Shown one piece after another: positions 14,801-30,484 of a DNA stretch of 64,000 nt. Source of the stretch: the human T2T-CHM13v2.0 reference genome, Homo sapiens; NCBI RefSeq assembly GCF_009914755.1, contig NC_060927.1; one strand, given 5' to 3'. The translations under genes were made by a program, and so were the position numbers. Every line of letters begins with the position of its first letter. Positions within the stretch are counted from its first letter, which is position 1. Under the pieces are notes generated by a model. That model saw only the letters and a list, made by a program, of their open reading frames with translations, was not told where the DNA came from and ran no database searches.

Positions 14801-16265
14801 TATGGCCTTAGGGGACTTGTTTATAATTTGGTGCCATATTGTCACAGAGTCCATTCCATCAGTATTATCATCTCTATTATAACATCTATTACTTGCTAAT
14901 AGAAACTCCTTTTCCTGCAGAAGAACGTGGTGCCCAGCACCAGTCATTACCAAGTAATTCCTGAGATTCCCTAATAAGCAGAAATGACCATGTGACACAA
15001 TTCTTGACAATGAAAGCATACATGGAAGACTGTTGGGGACCCTGGAAAGACTTTCACTTTATCTGGTAAGACAAGAGGATCCCTCTTCCCTTTATCCTGC
15101 CTCAAATGTGGACATGAATGAGTGAGGAAAAGCCTATGAAAGTCTCCCAAAGTCTATATTTAAGACACTATCAATATCTGCAACTGCATTATTCTAAATT
15201 TCTTGCTTTGTTAAAAAAATTATTTATTTAAACATTACTTAGTTTTGTTGCACACAACCTAATACATTCTTAACAAATACAGCAGTTAGGAACATGATAG
15301 TAATATTAGGCTTCTGAGAACCAGCTCAATGGGATGTCCAATCAAAAATTGGCTATGTGTGTCAAAGAGTGTTTTCTTAGGTGTCTTGTATTTTGGGAGG
15401 ATGGAGGGAGGAGGGAGTAGAACGGAGGACAATATAAGATCAGAAGATCCGTCTTAAACATTTCAGTTTAAACATTTTGGTACATTTAATAAGTAATGTT
15501 TTTTAGAATTGTCATCCAGGACATTTTCCTTCTCCCAATTTCTTCTTTTTATAAAGTGCAGATCAGCATTTTGTTCACTATTCACTGCAGCTATACCTGA
15601 AATCATTTGCCTATATTTGTTTTGTTGTTGTTGTTGTTTATATTTTGAACACACAAGGAGGCAAAGGAACAGGTAAGTAAGGAATTATGGCACAGCCCAG
15701 TTTGATTCTGTTTGGAACTGGAAGGCCGTTCTGGAAACAAACCAGAACTGGGGACTGTATTATTTTATCTCAACAGCAGCCAAGTGAACTTTCATCTCAA
15801 TGTAACTTAAGCAACTCTCCAGCTGTTTCTCTCTGTGTTTCTATACTCTGCTTTTACTCTATCAAGGGACAACTTACCATTTGATCAGTTCTCTCCACCT
15901 CATTCTTACTCATGTTTTCTGCTTTTCTGAATGTTGGCTCTTGTGTGCCTCCTTCTGCTTTAAGCCTCTTTGTATCCTTTCAGCTTCCTCTCTCACTGCC
16001 AGCCAGTACTTAGAATTACCTGGTTTAGAATCTGGAGCAAGGATGTGAAGTGACCCAGCTCATCATGGTTGAGAAAAGCTATCTCCAAGGCCAGAAGTCA
16101 GCATTTTTTTTTCATTTGGATAAAGATTCTGCTGCTGGTCCAGTTAATCATTGTAGCTGGGAAGGGTCACATAGTAATAGGCCAGATCTCTCTTTCTGCA
16201 ATGACCATAGGTGAGGCGGCTTCCTTCAGAAGGGGACTTTAGAGAAAACTAAGGTAACTAACTCA

Positions 16266-16646
<381 letters not shown>

Positions 16647-17784
16647 CTATCCACACTTGAAAAACCAGATATGTAGGATAATTGTAGAATAAAATTAGAT
16701 AATAAATAGGTTTATGAATAGCTGGTTTAATTTAGAAAGATGACTCCTATTTTCCTGCTGTTGTATCAAATGACTGGGTTTATTTTCTCTAAGACCTTAG
16801 TAACACACGCTTGAAAAAGATTATCACTTTTGCTTGGAATATAAATGTTGAACTGTCAAAATCATAAAAACTCTATAAAACAATTTTTTGGAAAAACCTA
16901 ATAGAAAATAGAAATGTATAAATATGATAAAGAGGTCAAACACAAATGCTAATCAAGAAAGTAGGTGAAATAGACCAGTATTCAGCAATTTCTCTCCCAC
17001 AGTAATCTTAATTTCATTTGGAATTTAATCCGCAAAATTTCTTCTTTTCCAAATCCCATTTAGAATAATATCTGTTGATAATTTTCAGCTTTTTAGGCAA
17101 TGTGCCCAGATGAAGAGACGTCTTCTCTGAAGTACTGTTTCCCCTCTTATTTAGCATCTTTACAAAACAATAACAAATCTCAATTATTTCATGCTGAGTT
17201 AACATTTCAGTACATTTATAAGGTAATGTAAATTTAGAGTAGTTGTCCAGGACATTTTCCTTCTCCTAACTTCTTTTGTAAGTCTTATAGTTGAAAGGTA
17301 TGGTATAAAAATTCATTTTTGCATTATTGTGTGGTTTCTGGGCCCCACCCTCCCCACCCCATGCCCCGCCATGGGCTTCCTCTCCTTTCTTTAGTATTAA
17401 TTTTAGCAAGAGAGGCCATCTATCTTAGGTTTCCCTTAAGATGTCTGAAGGTTCATTAGATTTTTTTGGCCTTCTCTTCCCTGATTATTATTTTGTTTCT
17501 CTGCAAGAAAAAACTTTTTTTTAACACTTTTAATCTCCTCTTTATCTTTCCTACAGATTTTCTATAAATAATACATATTTGATATTACTGAAGCAAAAGA
17601 AGTCTAAAGGGTCATTCTTTCAATATTTATAAAGTACCTACTAAGTGTTACGCACTGTGCTGGATGCTTGGCTAGATAATATGCTGTCCTTCTTCTGGTC
17701 TCTGTATTTTTGTGTGTGTATGTTTTAAGAAGATGACATTCTTCAACATTGTAAGGTCAGTAATCTGACAAATGTAATTTAGTA

Positions 17785-18390
17785 GTATTGGGGCTCGGAA
17801 AATGACACCCCAAAACATGCTGAGAGCTTTGAACAAAGGAGATTAAAATGCTCCAGAACGAAGCCTCAGAACCAATGTTTCTCTCTGACCTTCTGCTCCT
17901 TCCACAACTTCTCTGCTGAAGTGCAGGGAGGTCCTTTCTCTGAAGTTCCCTTATCTGACTGAGGGAAGGAAGTTCTTCCAAAAGGAACACAATGGTCTCG
18001 AATCCTTTCCCTAGGAAACTCATTAAGCAACCAGGAAAGATTAATCACCACAGAGGAGATTAATTCATCACTGCAGGCAGACAGGCTATCACCTATTCTT
18101 TTGGATGCAGCTCTAAAACAACTTTTATCTGAATAGTAAGACAGCCTTTGCTCATCATTTGGTTCCTCCCCTTTCCCTCCCCTAACTTGTTGCTACTTCC
18201 CCCCAATGCTTCAGGTTCCCATTCCTTTATGCTATTTACGTTTCAGCTATCTGGCCCTTCTCAGAGTCTCACATTTTATTTGGCTCCTGTGCATATTAAT
18301 AAATCTGTATGTCTTTTCTCCAATTAATCTGTTCATTATCAGTTTATTTCAACAGCCTCAATTGACTCTTCAGAAGGTTAAACTTTTGTA
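17785..18390 (+). mobile_element. ERV1 LTR (MER34/MER39-like)
   Basis: ggggctcggaaaatgacaccccaaa start; aataaatctgtatgtcttttctcc polyA region. Confidence 0.7.
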
Positions 18391-18462
18391 GGCTATTTTC
18401 CCCTTAAAATGAACTATATTTCATCTTCCCTCTTTAGGCCTACTTGTTGGTAAGCTATAGAA

Positions 18463-18672
18463 CAAGCTTGTCCAACTTGTGGCCCATGGACCACATGTAG
18501 CCCAAGATGGCTTTGAATGGGGCCCAACACAAATTTGTAAACTTTCTTAAAATATCATGGGTTTTTTTGCGATATATATATATACATTTTAAAGCTCATC
18601 AGTTACTGTTATGGCCCAAGAAAATTCTTCTTCCAATGAGGCCCAGGAAAGCCAAAAGATTGGACTCCCCTG
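18463..18672. mobile_element. MER30 (hAT-Charlie MITE)
   Basis: tgtccaac...ggcccaacacaaatttgtaaactttcttaaaa...gccaaaagattggac. Confidence 0.85.
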
Positions 18673-18952
18673 CTATAAAGTTTGGCTTTCATGGAGGTAG
18701 TGGGGGAGGTGGTCCCAAAATAGACCACTGATTTGCCAAATTTAAAAATTAAGGGTTTTCATATTCAGAACCAAAATTACTGTAAAGACTGACCTCACTG
18801 GTGATGTCACAATCACATTTCAAAAACAATAGAGTATTTCCTGTGATTTAAATTCTAAATCAAAATTATTCATAGGCCAGTTCTAGATTCTTTTGCTGTT
18901 CCCTTTCCCTCTACGGCAAGTCTTGCCAACAGGATGAGACTCCCTTGTCAAC

Positions 18953-19477
18953 TATGATGATTAATTTTACGTGTCAATTTGATTAGGCCACAGAGTGCCA
19001 AGATACTTAGTCAAACATTATTCTGGGTGTTTCTGTGAAAGTGTTTTAAGATGAGATTAACACTTAAATCAGTGGCATGGATAGACGGGATTGCTTCCAT
19101 CATGTTGGTGGGCCTCATTCAGTCAGTTCAAGGCTTGATTAGAACAAAAGGGCTGACCTTCACTTGACTAAGAGAAAATTCTTTTTGCCTGACAGCCTTC
19201 AAACTGAGACATTGCTTTTTTCTTGCCTTCAGACTTGAACTGAAACTTTGGCTCTTCCTGGGTCTTGAGCCTACTGGCCTTTGAACTGGAACAGCAACAT
19301 TGGCTCTCCTGGTTCTCAGACCTTTGGACTCAGACTGCAACTAAACCATCAGCTTTCTTGGGTCTCCAGCTTGCCAGCTTACCTTGAAGCAGATCTTGGG
19401 ACTTATCAGCTTCTGTAATCACGTGAGCTAATTTCATATATATATAGCCTATTCACTCTCTGGAGAACCCTCATACA
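18953..19477 (+). mobile_element. MLT2 (ERVL) LTR
   Basis: gatgattaattttacgtgtcaa...ctctggagaaccct. Confidence 0.85.
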
Positions 19478-20164
19478 CAGTTCTACTGCCTATTCTCTAT
19501 CCCATCTTCTACTGGGAGAATGCAGAGAGGGAACCAAGAACAAAATATAATGAGGATCGTCTCCTTAAAAGAAAGCAAATAGGGAGTGGGCTAATATTTT
19601 GGGAAGAAAGTCTCATTATGTGCCCAAAAATTTTATGTGAGGAAATTAAAGCTCAGAAAGCTACAATTTATATAAGAGCAGACAGCTAATAAGAACCTGA
19701 TTAGCTATCCCACCCACAGACACGTTTTAGGGAAATAAAATTTACAACATAATTTCCATTTATGTATAGCCCTCCGGAAAAGTAGAGCATCCTGGAAAAG
19801 GAACTCTCTATGTCTTTATATCTGAGTTGCTGTTTTCTTTATCTTCTGGGGTCTTTTCAGGAATATCTAATATATTAATATATGATCTTCATTTCTCACT
19901 GATTTCTGTTGTGTTATCCCTGCTATGCTGCAGTTCATTAATAAGCACTCACCATTTCTTTCGGCTGCCATCTCTCGTGCTCTCTTTCTCAATTCTTTGT
20001 GGAACTCATCTCCATTTGATTACGATACTTAGCTAACACTATCAACAATACAATTATTTCTGCTCTTTTCAAGAGTACTATTCTTTTCAACCACCAGTGT
20101 CAGACTTTCCTTGCCCTGTTAGAATCCTGAATTCTATACTCCAAACAGGTACTGTCTTGAGTGG

Positions 20165-20538
20165 TGCTACGGACTGAATTACATTCCCTCAAAATTCATA
20201 TGTTGAAACCCTAACTCCATATGTGATGGTATTTGAAGATGGGACTTTTGGGAGATAATTAGGTTTAGATGAGATCTTAAGGGTGGGGCCTTCATAACAG
20301 GATTGCTACCCTTATAAGAGATACCAGAGAGCTTTCTGTCTTTCTCCTGTCCCTCTCTCTGCCATGTGTGGGCACAGTGAGAAAGCTGTCTGCACGCCAG
20401 AAAGTGAACCCTCACCAGAACTCGACCATACTGGCACCTTAATCTCAGACTTCCAGCTGTCAGAACTGTGAGAAATTAACTTTGTTAAGACACCCAGTCT
20501 ATGGTATTTTTTTATGCTAGCTCAAGCAGACTGATATA
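20165..20538 (+). mobile_element. MLT1A/MST-type MaLR LTR
   Basis: tgctacggactgaat...aaaattcatatgttgaaaccctaac. Confidence 0.85.
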
Positions 20539-22067
20539 AATGGGTTTAGCCATCATTAATCACTGAGTTTTACTCAAAATGCACACTATTACATCATTTA
20601 TCACAGTTGATTTAAATAGTGTCAGGTGACTAGAAATAGTTGTTGGACTTAATAGACATATTATTTCTTAATTTGAAACCCATGAATATCCCACTTTAGC
20701 CAACATGAGCATGCCATTGAGAACTTCCTCAGAAAGATAATTGTGGCCCAAGGTAACCTGCAAGTTAACAGCAAACACACCAGGAAAAGACAGTAATGGA
20801 GCTTATTTCCTACTCTTGTTGCTGATGAGAGAGAAGGGAAAAGGAAAAACTGAGAAGAGCCAGTAACTTTCTGCTGAATCTGTCCTCCCAAGAGACAGCA
20901 CAGGATAGTTTATCTCTAAGGGTCAGTCTTCTAATCCATAGGTTTCAGGAATTATAAATTTCACAAACCAGCAAAATTACTTTAAAAACTGGAAAAGAAC
21001 CTTATAGCTCTAGAGAACAATGGTAGCTAATGTTGAATTCTCCCCACATCCTACTAAATGAAATGATATACGAACAAAGAGAATAAATTAAACTTTAGAT
21101 GACCTATGCATTCACTATTACTAGGAGACAGAAAACACTGCAGCCTTCAAGTCACCTCTAAGCAGAGAAGAAAAACTCCCAACAGAGAGCTCCTACTGCT
21201 CCCCTGATGCTGTAAGCCTGTAAGTGTGGACAGTAGGCAAGGGAGTAAGGGATTCTATGAAAAGGAGTACAGGGTACAGACGACTTAGACAAAGCAAAGG
21301 AAAAATTCTGCCTAAAAAGGGAAAGTGCAATATTAAAGTCCAAAATTCTGAACACAGGTGAGTACTTGATAGTTTACAACACTACTTACATATTAAGAAG
21401 CAAGACTGGAAGTGGAAGCTTTAGTGAAGCACTGCTTCCAGAGGACAATGAGGCAGTAAAAGGGAAGAATAAAATAAGAAGGAAAGATTAAATCTCTGGT
21501 GATATATAAAGAACAAGGCATGCTGACCTCCTTCTTTTCCCATTATCAACATAATTCATTTCAGCTGATGAAAATCTCCATTTATCTAAAAGAAATTAAA
21601 CAAAAACAAAAATACAAGAAGCCAATGAAAACTGTACCAGCACATTCCAACTAAATATTCTCAAGCATATTTAAAAAACTGGACTGAATCAGAAGTACAA
21701 GTACTAAAAACAGAGAATAAAATGCACAAAAATAACAAGAAATAAAATGAGAGTTGATTAAATGCAAGAAAGAAATAGAAAAACATATATAACAAAAATA
21801 AAAATTAAACTACAAGGTGCTCTAAGAAGATATTTGGATAAAGTAATAGAGTCTTGAAGAAAAGCAGAAAAACAACCATGAACTATGATCACAAAAATGA
21901 GGTAGGCAAGGAGTAAAAATGGCCAGAGATAAAGTGATTGAAATGGATGACAGGCAAAGAGGGTCCAACATATATTTAATTGATGACCCAGGAAGACAAA
22001 AACAATAGAGTAAAACTAATATTTTAAACTATAATTTAAGAAAACTTTCCAGAAATAAAAGACCTTG

Positions 22068-22503
<436 letters not shown>

Positions 22504-25500
22504 TTACACACAGAAAATGTCCATCAAGTAGAGGGAAAACTGGCCTGGATTAATCCACAGTGATACATATCCTAACTATTAGACTCTGAAATTAAAGAAA
22601 AAATCTTAATTGCTTCTAGGCAAAAAGATGAAACAATTTTAAAACAAGAGAATTAGACTTGACAGCAGACTTACCAAAATAACATACAAAGCAGGCAACA
22701 GTAGAGCCATGTTTTCAAGAAACTTAAGGAAAGAAAACGTGAACCAAGGATATTATAAACAACCACAGTATTCTTTCAGTATCAAGACTATAGGAAAATC
22801 ATGTTGAACACAAAAGAACTCAAAGAATACTGTATAGATGTGCCTTTCCTGAGGAATCTGCTAAAAGATGAACTTCATCTAACCAATACATGACTAAGAA
22901 AACTCTGGCAAAAGGACTGACAGTGAGCACTGCATATATTTAATTGAAAAGTTTGGACTGAAATAATAAGGGGAACACAGGTAAAATAGTAATATATAAC
23001 ATTCGATGTTCTGATGAAGTAGAAAAATGCAATTTAAAAAGTAAAGAAAAGGGAGAGAAAAAGAGAAAAGTATGAATGAGAACATTGACTATCATTTAGG
23101 TAACAGGTGAGAGTTAAAGGATATGTTTTAAAGACAACATAACTGACAGTAAAAGTAAAAAAAAAAAGCATTTAAAAGACTATAAAATATTAATACAAAG
23201 CAACCACTGGAACAAAAATGTAAATCTTCCTAACAAAATGTTGTAAAAATGCAGAAACACACCAAATCTTGAAAGACACAGTAACTATGGCGTAGTACAC
23301 ACAAAAATTATTTTAAAAAATAACAGAATTAAGCCCAAACATGACAGACATTATCAATAAATGTGAATGGGTTTAACTCAAGGTCAAAAGACAAATTTCA
23401 AAAGTCATTAAATAAAACAAAGAAGGACACTTTTATGGTATTAAAATCCACATTTCACATTTAGGATGTAACAGGTATCTCTACCACAATACGGCAACAC
23501 TTACATAAAACAGAAACTACAACAGATGCAAAAAGAACAAAGACAAACATACTACTAAAAGGAGACTTTAACATACAGTACAAGAAGACTGGTCAACCAA
23601 ACAAAAAACAAAGTAAAGATATATAAGAACTAAATAACAATCAATAAGGTAGATGTTTGAATACATACCGAATACTATATCCTAATAATAGAGATATACA
23701 ATCTTAAATATACATACATTCACATGTATATTTAAAAGTTTTGAACATATATTAGGGCACAAAGAAAATACCAGCAGGAACTATAAGGCTAAATTATTAC
23801 AAACAATACCGGTGATCGCAGTGCAATAAAAATAGAAATTAAAAATGAAACCAAAAAGGCCCTTCTACTTGTAAATTAAAGATATTCTGTTAAACTTAGC
23901 TCTTGGACAAAACAGGAAATACAAACAAAAATTACATAATTTCTGAAAAATAATGGTAATAAATATATCTACGAGATACATTCTAAGCAGTAATCAGAAA
24001 AAAATCATAGCCTAAATACCTGTATAAATAAGAACTAAATTCTTAACTTGAAAGAACCAGAACAACAAAGTAAAATACAAAAAAGTCCAAAGAAGAAAAT
24101 ATTAGAACAGAAATTGAGATAGAAAATAGAAAAACAGTACATCAAATTAATGAGAAAAGTCCTGAAAAAAACCAAAACAATAAAACAAATGACTTGCTAG
24201 TTTAATTTTTTGAAAAAAGGGAGAAAGTGCAGATAGAATAAAAAATAACAAGGGAGAAATAACTATTGATATAGGGAATTTTTTTAAAAGATTACTTCAG
24301 TGGAAATACATTTGAAAACTAAAAGGAAATGGATAATTTCTTAAAAATATACAGTTTAGCAAACTGACCCCTTTAAGCCAAAAAACTTAAAAGAAATCAA
24401 TTTAAATATAAGAAATAATGTTATCAAGAAATTAATTCCCAAAAACCACCAAACTCAGATGGTTTCACAGGAGAGTTAATCAATTTGACTACCAAAAAAT
24501 AAATAAAAACTTTGCATGGCAAAGTAACACCATAAACAAAGGCACAATCACAAAAAATAGAAAAATAGTCCTTGAAGATGTTTAACTTCATTCATAATAT
24601 GCAAATTAAAGCAATAATGAGATATTACTTCCCACCTATCAGATTGGCAGAACTTCAAAAGCTTTACAGTATGTCACTGTTAGTGAAGTTGTGGGAAAAC
24701 AGTCTCACGCATTGCTGGTAGAATCTGAAATGCCACAACCTTTATGGAAAGGCAATATCCAACAAACTACACATGCATATATACTTTGACTTAGTATTCA
24801 AGGACTGTAGTCTGAAGAAATACCTTAAACATAAATACATATGTAAGACGATTCATTGTAGCATTTTGTATTTTGGTAAAATATTAAAAACTACTTAAAT
24901 GCCCATAGATAGCAGATTGATCAGAAAAAACTATGGCACCTACATGCCATGGAATACAACAAAAGAGAAAGTGAGACAGAGAGAGAGCTCTGAATTTACA
25001 TGCAGTGATTTATGGAAACAGTAAGTAAAAAATGGAATATGTATAAGGGCATGTGAAACAGCTAATAAGCACACACAAAAAAGTTAAACATCATTGTTAT
25101 TAGGAAAATGCAAACTAAAACTACAATGAGACACTACTTCACATTTACAAGAATGTCTATAATTTTTAAAAGCCATTAACAAATAGGATGTGGAGAAACA
25201 GGAAACCCTAATATATTGTTGATGGGGATGTAAAATGATACAGCCATTTAGAAAACAGTTTGGCCATTTCTTAAATAAATATAAATTTACCACACAACCC
25301 AGCAACTCCACTCCTAGGTATCTACCCCAAAATGAAAAGCCACTTTCAGAGACTTGCACGTTTATGTTCATAGCAGCATTATGCATCACTGCAAAAAAGA
25401 AAAAGGAAGTAGTCCAAAGGTCCATCAACACGTAAATGGATAAAATATGGTATATAATAAAATACTATTCAGCAATAATAATAATGACGGAAATGCCTAT

Positions 25501-25895
25501 ATATGCTATGACACGGATGAACCTCAAAAACAACATGTTATGCAAAACAAGCCAGATTCAAAAGATATTAGATGCTTCTGTTTATATGAAATGTCCAGAT
25601 AAGAAAAATCTATAGGGACTGAAAGTAGATAGTGGTTCCCTGGAGCTGGAAGAGGAAACAAGGATTAACTGTAACTGAGTATATTTTATGGTAATGATGC
25701 AAATATTTAGTAAGACCGTGGTCAAGTTATACAACTCTGTAAATTTATCAAATGTCACTGAATAGCACAGACTTAAAATGAGTAAATTTTATGGCATTAA
25801 ATTATACCTCAATAATGTTTAAAGGAACATATATGTGAATTTCATGGTATGCAAATTATGCATCAACAAAACTGTTTTAACAAAGAATGTGTATG

Positions 25896-26006
25896 TAAGG
25901 TGACCTGCCATCTCAGTTTGCCTGATTGTCCCAGTTTTAGCACTAAAAATTCTGTGTCCCAAGAAACCTCTCAGTACCAGGCAAACTAAGATGGCTGGTC
26001 TCCCTT
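25896..26006. mobile_element. MER81-like hAT MITE
   Basis: Long inverted termini aaggtgacctgccatctcagtttgcctg / caggcaaactaagatggctggtctccctt. Confidence 0.8.
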
Positions 26007-26701
26007 CAGGTAGGCTACCTTTTGTATAAGAAAGAATGGAAAGAAAACATACATTTACTGTTTTCCTCCATAAAGAAGAAGCCTCAAAAACCAAAACCAG
26101 TGAAGTTGGATACCTACAACAGATGGGAATGGGGCAGAACAGATATGAGAGATATGAGAGAAAGTTATATGTTTTGGTAAGGTTCTAACTTCCAGAAGCG
26201 TGTTATAGCTCCATAAATTTTTAAAATAAAATTAGATCAACAAGAATGGGAGGAGTTTGGGAGAAAGAGTTTAAACCTGAAGGCAAATTGAGAAAATGAA
26301 CTCAATTGTCTTTCAAATAACATAATCACAGTGAAGGAGAAAAAAATAATACAAATAATTTATAAATGCACAATGTAGCCATTATCCTTAATCTTGAGCA
26401 AGATATAGGTAGATAACTGCAAATAAATCTTGTTTTTACAGTGATATAGGCAAAAGCAATTCTAAAATTATTTCAGATACATTATAGAATAGAGTGAACA
26501 AATTGATTGATTTTTGGGGGAATCCAGGACTTTTGAGGAAGGAGTGACATAGAAATATGGAATAGCGAAGGTAAGAAAGAATCCTGTGATAATAGACTGA
26601 AATTGGAGGCACTGGTATAAACTCATTTCTGAAATCAAACATAACATGTATATAAACACATCTAAATGCTACCTGACATGCATATCTTGAGTGTTAATGT
26701 A

Positions 26702-27035
26702 GAGTCATGCCTTGATATCTATGGGGGATTGGTTCTAGGACCCCGGAGGATACCAAAACCTGAGGATGCTCAAATCTGAGGATGCTCATGGCCCTTAAAC
26801 AAAATGGCACAGTATGTGAATATAACCTATACACATTCTCCCATATACTTTAAATCACCTCTAGATTACTTATACCTGATACAATGTAAATGATATGTAA
26901 CAGCTGTTATACCATATTTTTAAAATTATCATTGTATTATCTTTTATTGTGTTGAATATTTTCGATCCCCAGTTGGTTGAATCCAGGGATGTGGAATCCA
27001 CATATGCACAACCCATGGATACAGAGGGCCAACTG
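26702..27035. mobile_element. MER2 (Tigger MITE)
   Basis: gggggattggttctaggaccc...catggatacagagggccaactg; TA flanks. Confidence 0.88.
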
Positions 27036-29209
27036 TACATACTTGACTTTTCTAGTTCTGTCTGCTGAATAGCCTAGAAACAGACATCCAGTAGCAATGA
27101 GTATACCCAGCATCCAGATCTAGGTATCTAATATTCCCTAGGGTTCTATGGAGAAATTGCTGACTCTAAATCCTGGAATATCTTTTATATAACCTATGAA
27201 GTGCTTCAAACAAACGACAGAGGATATCACAAGGACATGGGAGCCAGCTCAATAGTTTCTACTGACCAAATCTAAGGCAACTTGAGCATCAAAGTAAGTA
27301 TGGTAAAATTAATTTAAAAAAAAACATTAAAAAGCATGAGTTTATAACAATAACAGATGTAAAAATGAGATGGATATAGATGGATGAATGAATGGATGGA
27401 TCAGGGGAGAAAGGAGGGCTCCTGCTTACAATAAAATATTAATTGCCAACTGGTACATGTGGAAAGAATGCTGAAGTTGAAGACTGAATAATCAAGAATC
27501 ATCAATGCATGCTAAATCCTGGATGAAAATGTTGTTAGCATGGACTTAAGAGAGTCTCCCACAGGTTGCTTATTAATCGCAATGTAAAACACAGTAACTA
27601 TACATTGGAGAAACTGAACACTACCTTGATCAGGTGATCAAAATTAGCATCACCAATAAGACAGACATTGTGTGCCCCCAATATCATACCATGATGACAT
27701 AGTACCATCAACAGAGTGTTCTCGCCAAGAATGCATACCTTAAATCCGATTCAATGCTATAAACGACCAAGGTGGCCATGGAAATGATCCACAGTAAAGG
27801 AGACTTAAGGAAGGACAAATGAAAAAGCAAACAATAAAATGAAGAGGGTAAAATCTGAATAATAGTTGAATTTTAAAGGACATACAGATGTTCTTTGCAC
27901 TATTCTTATGCTTGCAAATTTTCTGTAAATTTGAAATTATTTCCATATAAAACGTTTAAATCAATTAAGACAGCTCAATAACAAGTTCTCAACCTGTTTT
28001 GCCTGATTAGGCTTTTAAAAGTCATTTTAAAAAAACTGACTCTACATTTTTTACAAGTGTGGAAAGACAGTATTTTAAACATCTAAAACAGCAATAATCT
28101 CCATGATCCTTTAAAATGAGTACAGTTAGATTTATGAAAAAACAATCACATTGCTCTAATTTCTCTCATTTTCCTGTGGACCAGGGAGAGGTTTCTCAAA
28201 TTGGTGTTTGGGAACTAATATCCCAAACAAGACGTATTTTCAGTAATAGAGGGAGTACAGTTCAGTGGAAAGAACATGGAATCTGGACACAAATTTAAAC
28301 TGAGGCCCTAGCAGTTACCAGCTGTGTACCCTAAGCTCTGTCAGTTTCCTCAATTGTAAGATAGCTAAATCATAGGACTGTTAAGAGAATTATGTAAACG
28401 TAACTAGTGCTTGACACAGAGAAGGTGCTCAACAAATTTGTTTTCCTCCTCTTCCTTTCCTCTGAAGCCACTTTTCTGTTCTCTGGAAATGAATCTAACT
28501 GGGGCCACTCTGGCCTTCTTTTAACACAAACTCAGCCCTGTTGGAAGGATCACATAAGAAACTAAAGTACTCTAAGAATAAGCCTCCTTTGTGGAGGAAT
28601 ATTTCATGAAAACAGAAGCCAGAGATAATGGATAGTAGAATAATATGGAAGGCTTATAAAAACAGGTGATTTGAGGCATGTCTGGTAACTTGAGTTCTTT
28701 TAAAGGAGGGTAAAGACAGCAGAAGGAGTGATGATGTTAGATAATGTTAGAAATGATGTTTAAAAAGTCTGCTGCAAATAAAACAGTGTCTTTTTTCTTC
28801 ATATATCCACAAGTCTATTCGGCAAATGATCACCCATCTACCTCCAAGAGTGAATGATAGTTTATGCCAAAAATAAATAAAGATCAGCATTCTATTTGTC
28901 TTACTGGCTACATATCTTTGAAGAAAAAAAAAAATCAGGTCAGTAAAATGTTCATTAATTAAGAGATTTCATCCAATTTTCATCTAATTGCCTATTTTTT
29001 TTTGCTCCTTTCAACATATTTTCATTTACATTTAACAGGATGTTCTACTTTTATGGTGCCAATGATAATTCTTTAAAAATCTGTTTTTTAAAATGGAGAA
29101 AAAATAAAATAACTTGAGTTGCATAACAGCAAAAAAATATACTGTCAACAGAAACTTAGTTTAACGTCTAAAATCTTTATAAAAGATAAGCAAATTCTGA
29201 TTTTTTCCC

Positions 29210-29215
29210 TTTATT
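29210..29215 (-). terminator. PDCD10: Distal polyadenylation signal AATAAA
   Basis: tttatt on plus, with U-rich tracts downstream on minus (~29095-29155). Confidence 0.6.
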
Positions 29216-29737
29216 TTATAATTGAAAAATGAAACCACTTAACATGAACACTTGATACATAATTTCCTTAAAACTTCTCTATGGTGAAATAAAACTGTAC
29301 CTAGTTGAAGAGTGTATATAATATTAACACTCATGACAATTTCAATCCAACCGTTGATATAGCTTCAAATTACTATTAATTGTGGCTATTTTTTGGGAAA
29401 AAATTGTGCAAAGCTTATGAGGGCCCAGTATACGAAAGGCTTAATTTTTAAGAGTCAAATCTACATTTGTCACAAGAGTTCAAAAAGTGGCATTATAGTG
29501 CAAAAACACTAGAAAATGCTATCTCTTACTCATAAGTCGTTTAAAACAGGTTGGAAATCATATAAAAATACTCAGTACCTTATAAGTAATTAACAAAAAT
29601 ATTTCCATTGACTACTCTGTGTCCAAAGTGATTAAGGACAAAAATAGAAATTCTTGCTTTATTATTTGATAAACTGCTGATAAGCTCCCATTAGAAGTTT
29701 TTTAGACATTACACCAAGTTGTCTTGGTCTTCTGTTC

Positions 29738-29772
<35 letters not shown>

Positions 29773-29818
29773 TATATGCATTTTTTCAAGTAAAGAAATG
29801 TTTAACAGATGTAAACTA

Positions 29819-29824
29819 TTTATT
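29819..29824 (-). terminator. PDCD10: Proximal polyadenylation signal AATAAA
   Basis: tttatt on plus; followed on minus by U-rich and GU/UA-rich downstream sequence (29738-29800). Confidence 0.8.
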
Positions 29825-30202
29825 GAATATTTGCCACCAAATATTGTTAAATACATTATCTTGCAGCATATCGCTTTCAAGTTAAAATGTCAGAAACAAA
29901 CACCAATATTTACAATTCTTTTAAGGAATGTTATATAATGACACATTAAGGCGTAAATTCTTTTGGCTTATAATTCTTAAAAGAATGATAATAGCAAAAG
30001 TGATGCAAAATCTTCAGTGTGAGATTATGATTAAGCTACATTTTACAAAAATATGGTGTAAGATGGCAATAATCCCATTCAACATCCTGGATTAGATCCC
30101 TTCAGGAGGGACTGATAATTTATACAGTCAAACTTTAAAATTTACAGATAAAGGCAGTTCAATACTGCCACTGAGAAGTACATCTCTTAACATATACAAC
30201 TT

Positions 30203-30328
<126 letters not shown>

Positions 30329-30470
30329 TCACCCTTTTAAGATTTATACTATTAACAGTAGCAATGGAATCAATTTTAGAAAAAAAAAAAAGACAAGTTA
30401 GTATTATTAAAACTTTTATTCCAATTTAGGATATAATAGTCTTGCATCATTTTAAACTATCTAGTAATTA

Positions 30471-30484
30471 CTGCCCCCTGGTGG
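30471..30484 (-). promoter_or_regulatory. CTCF core motif CCACCAGGGGGCAG
   Basis: Plus ctgccccctggtgg; fits the CCASYAGRKGGCRS consensus. Confidence 0.7.

Larger units (their letters stand above)
29190..30202 (-). other. PDCD10: PDCD10 3' UTR (short form ends ~29800, long form ~29190)
   Basis: Repeat-poor AT-rich stretch after the stop codon, with minus-strand AATAAA at 29819-29824, 29658-29663 and 29210-29215; ends inferred. Confidence 0.75.
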
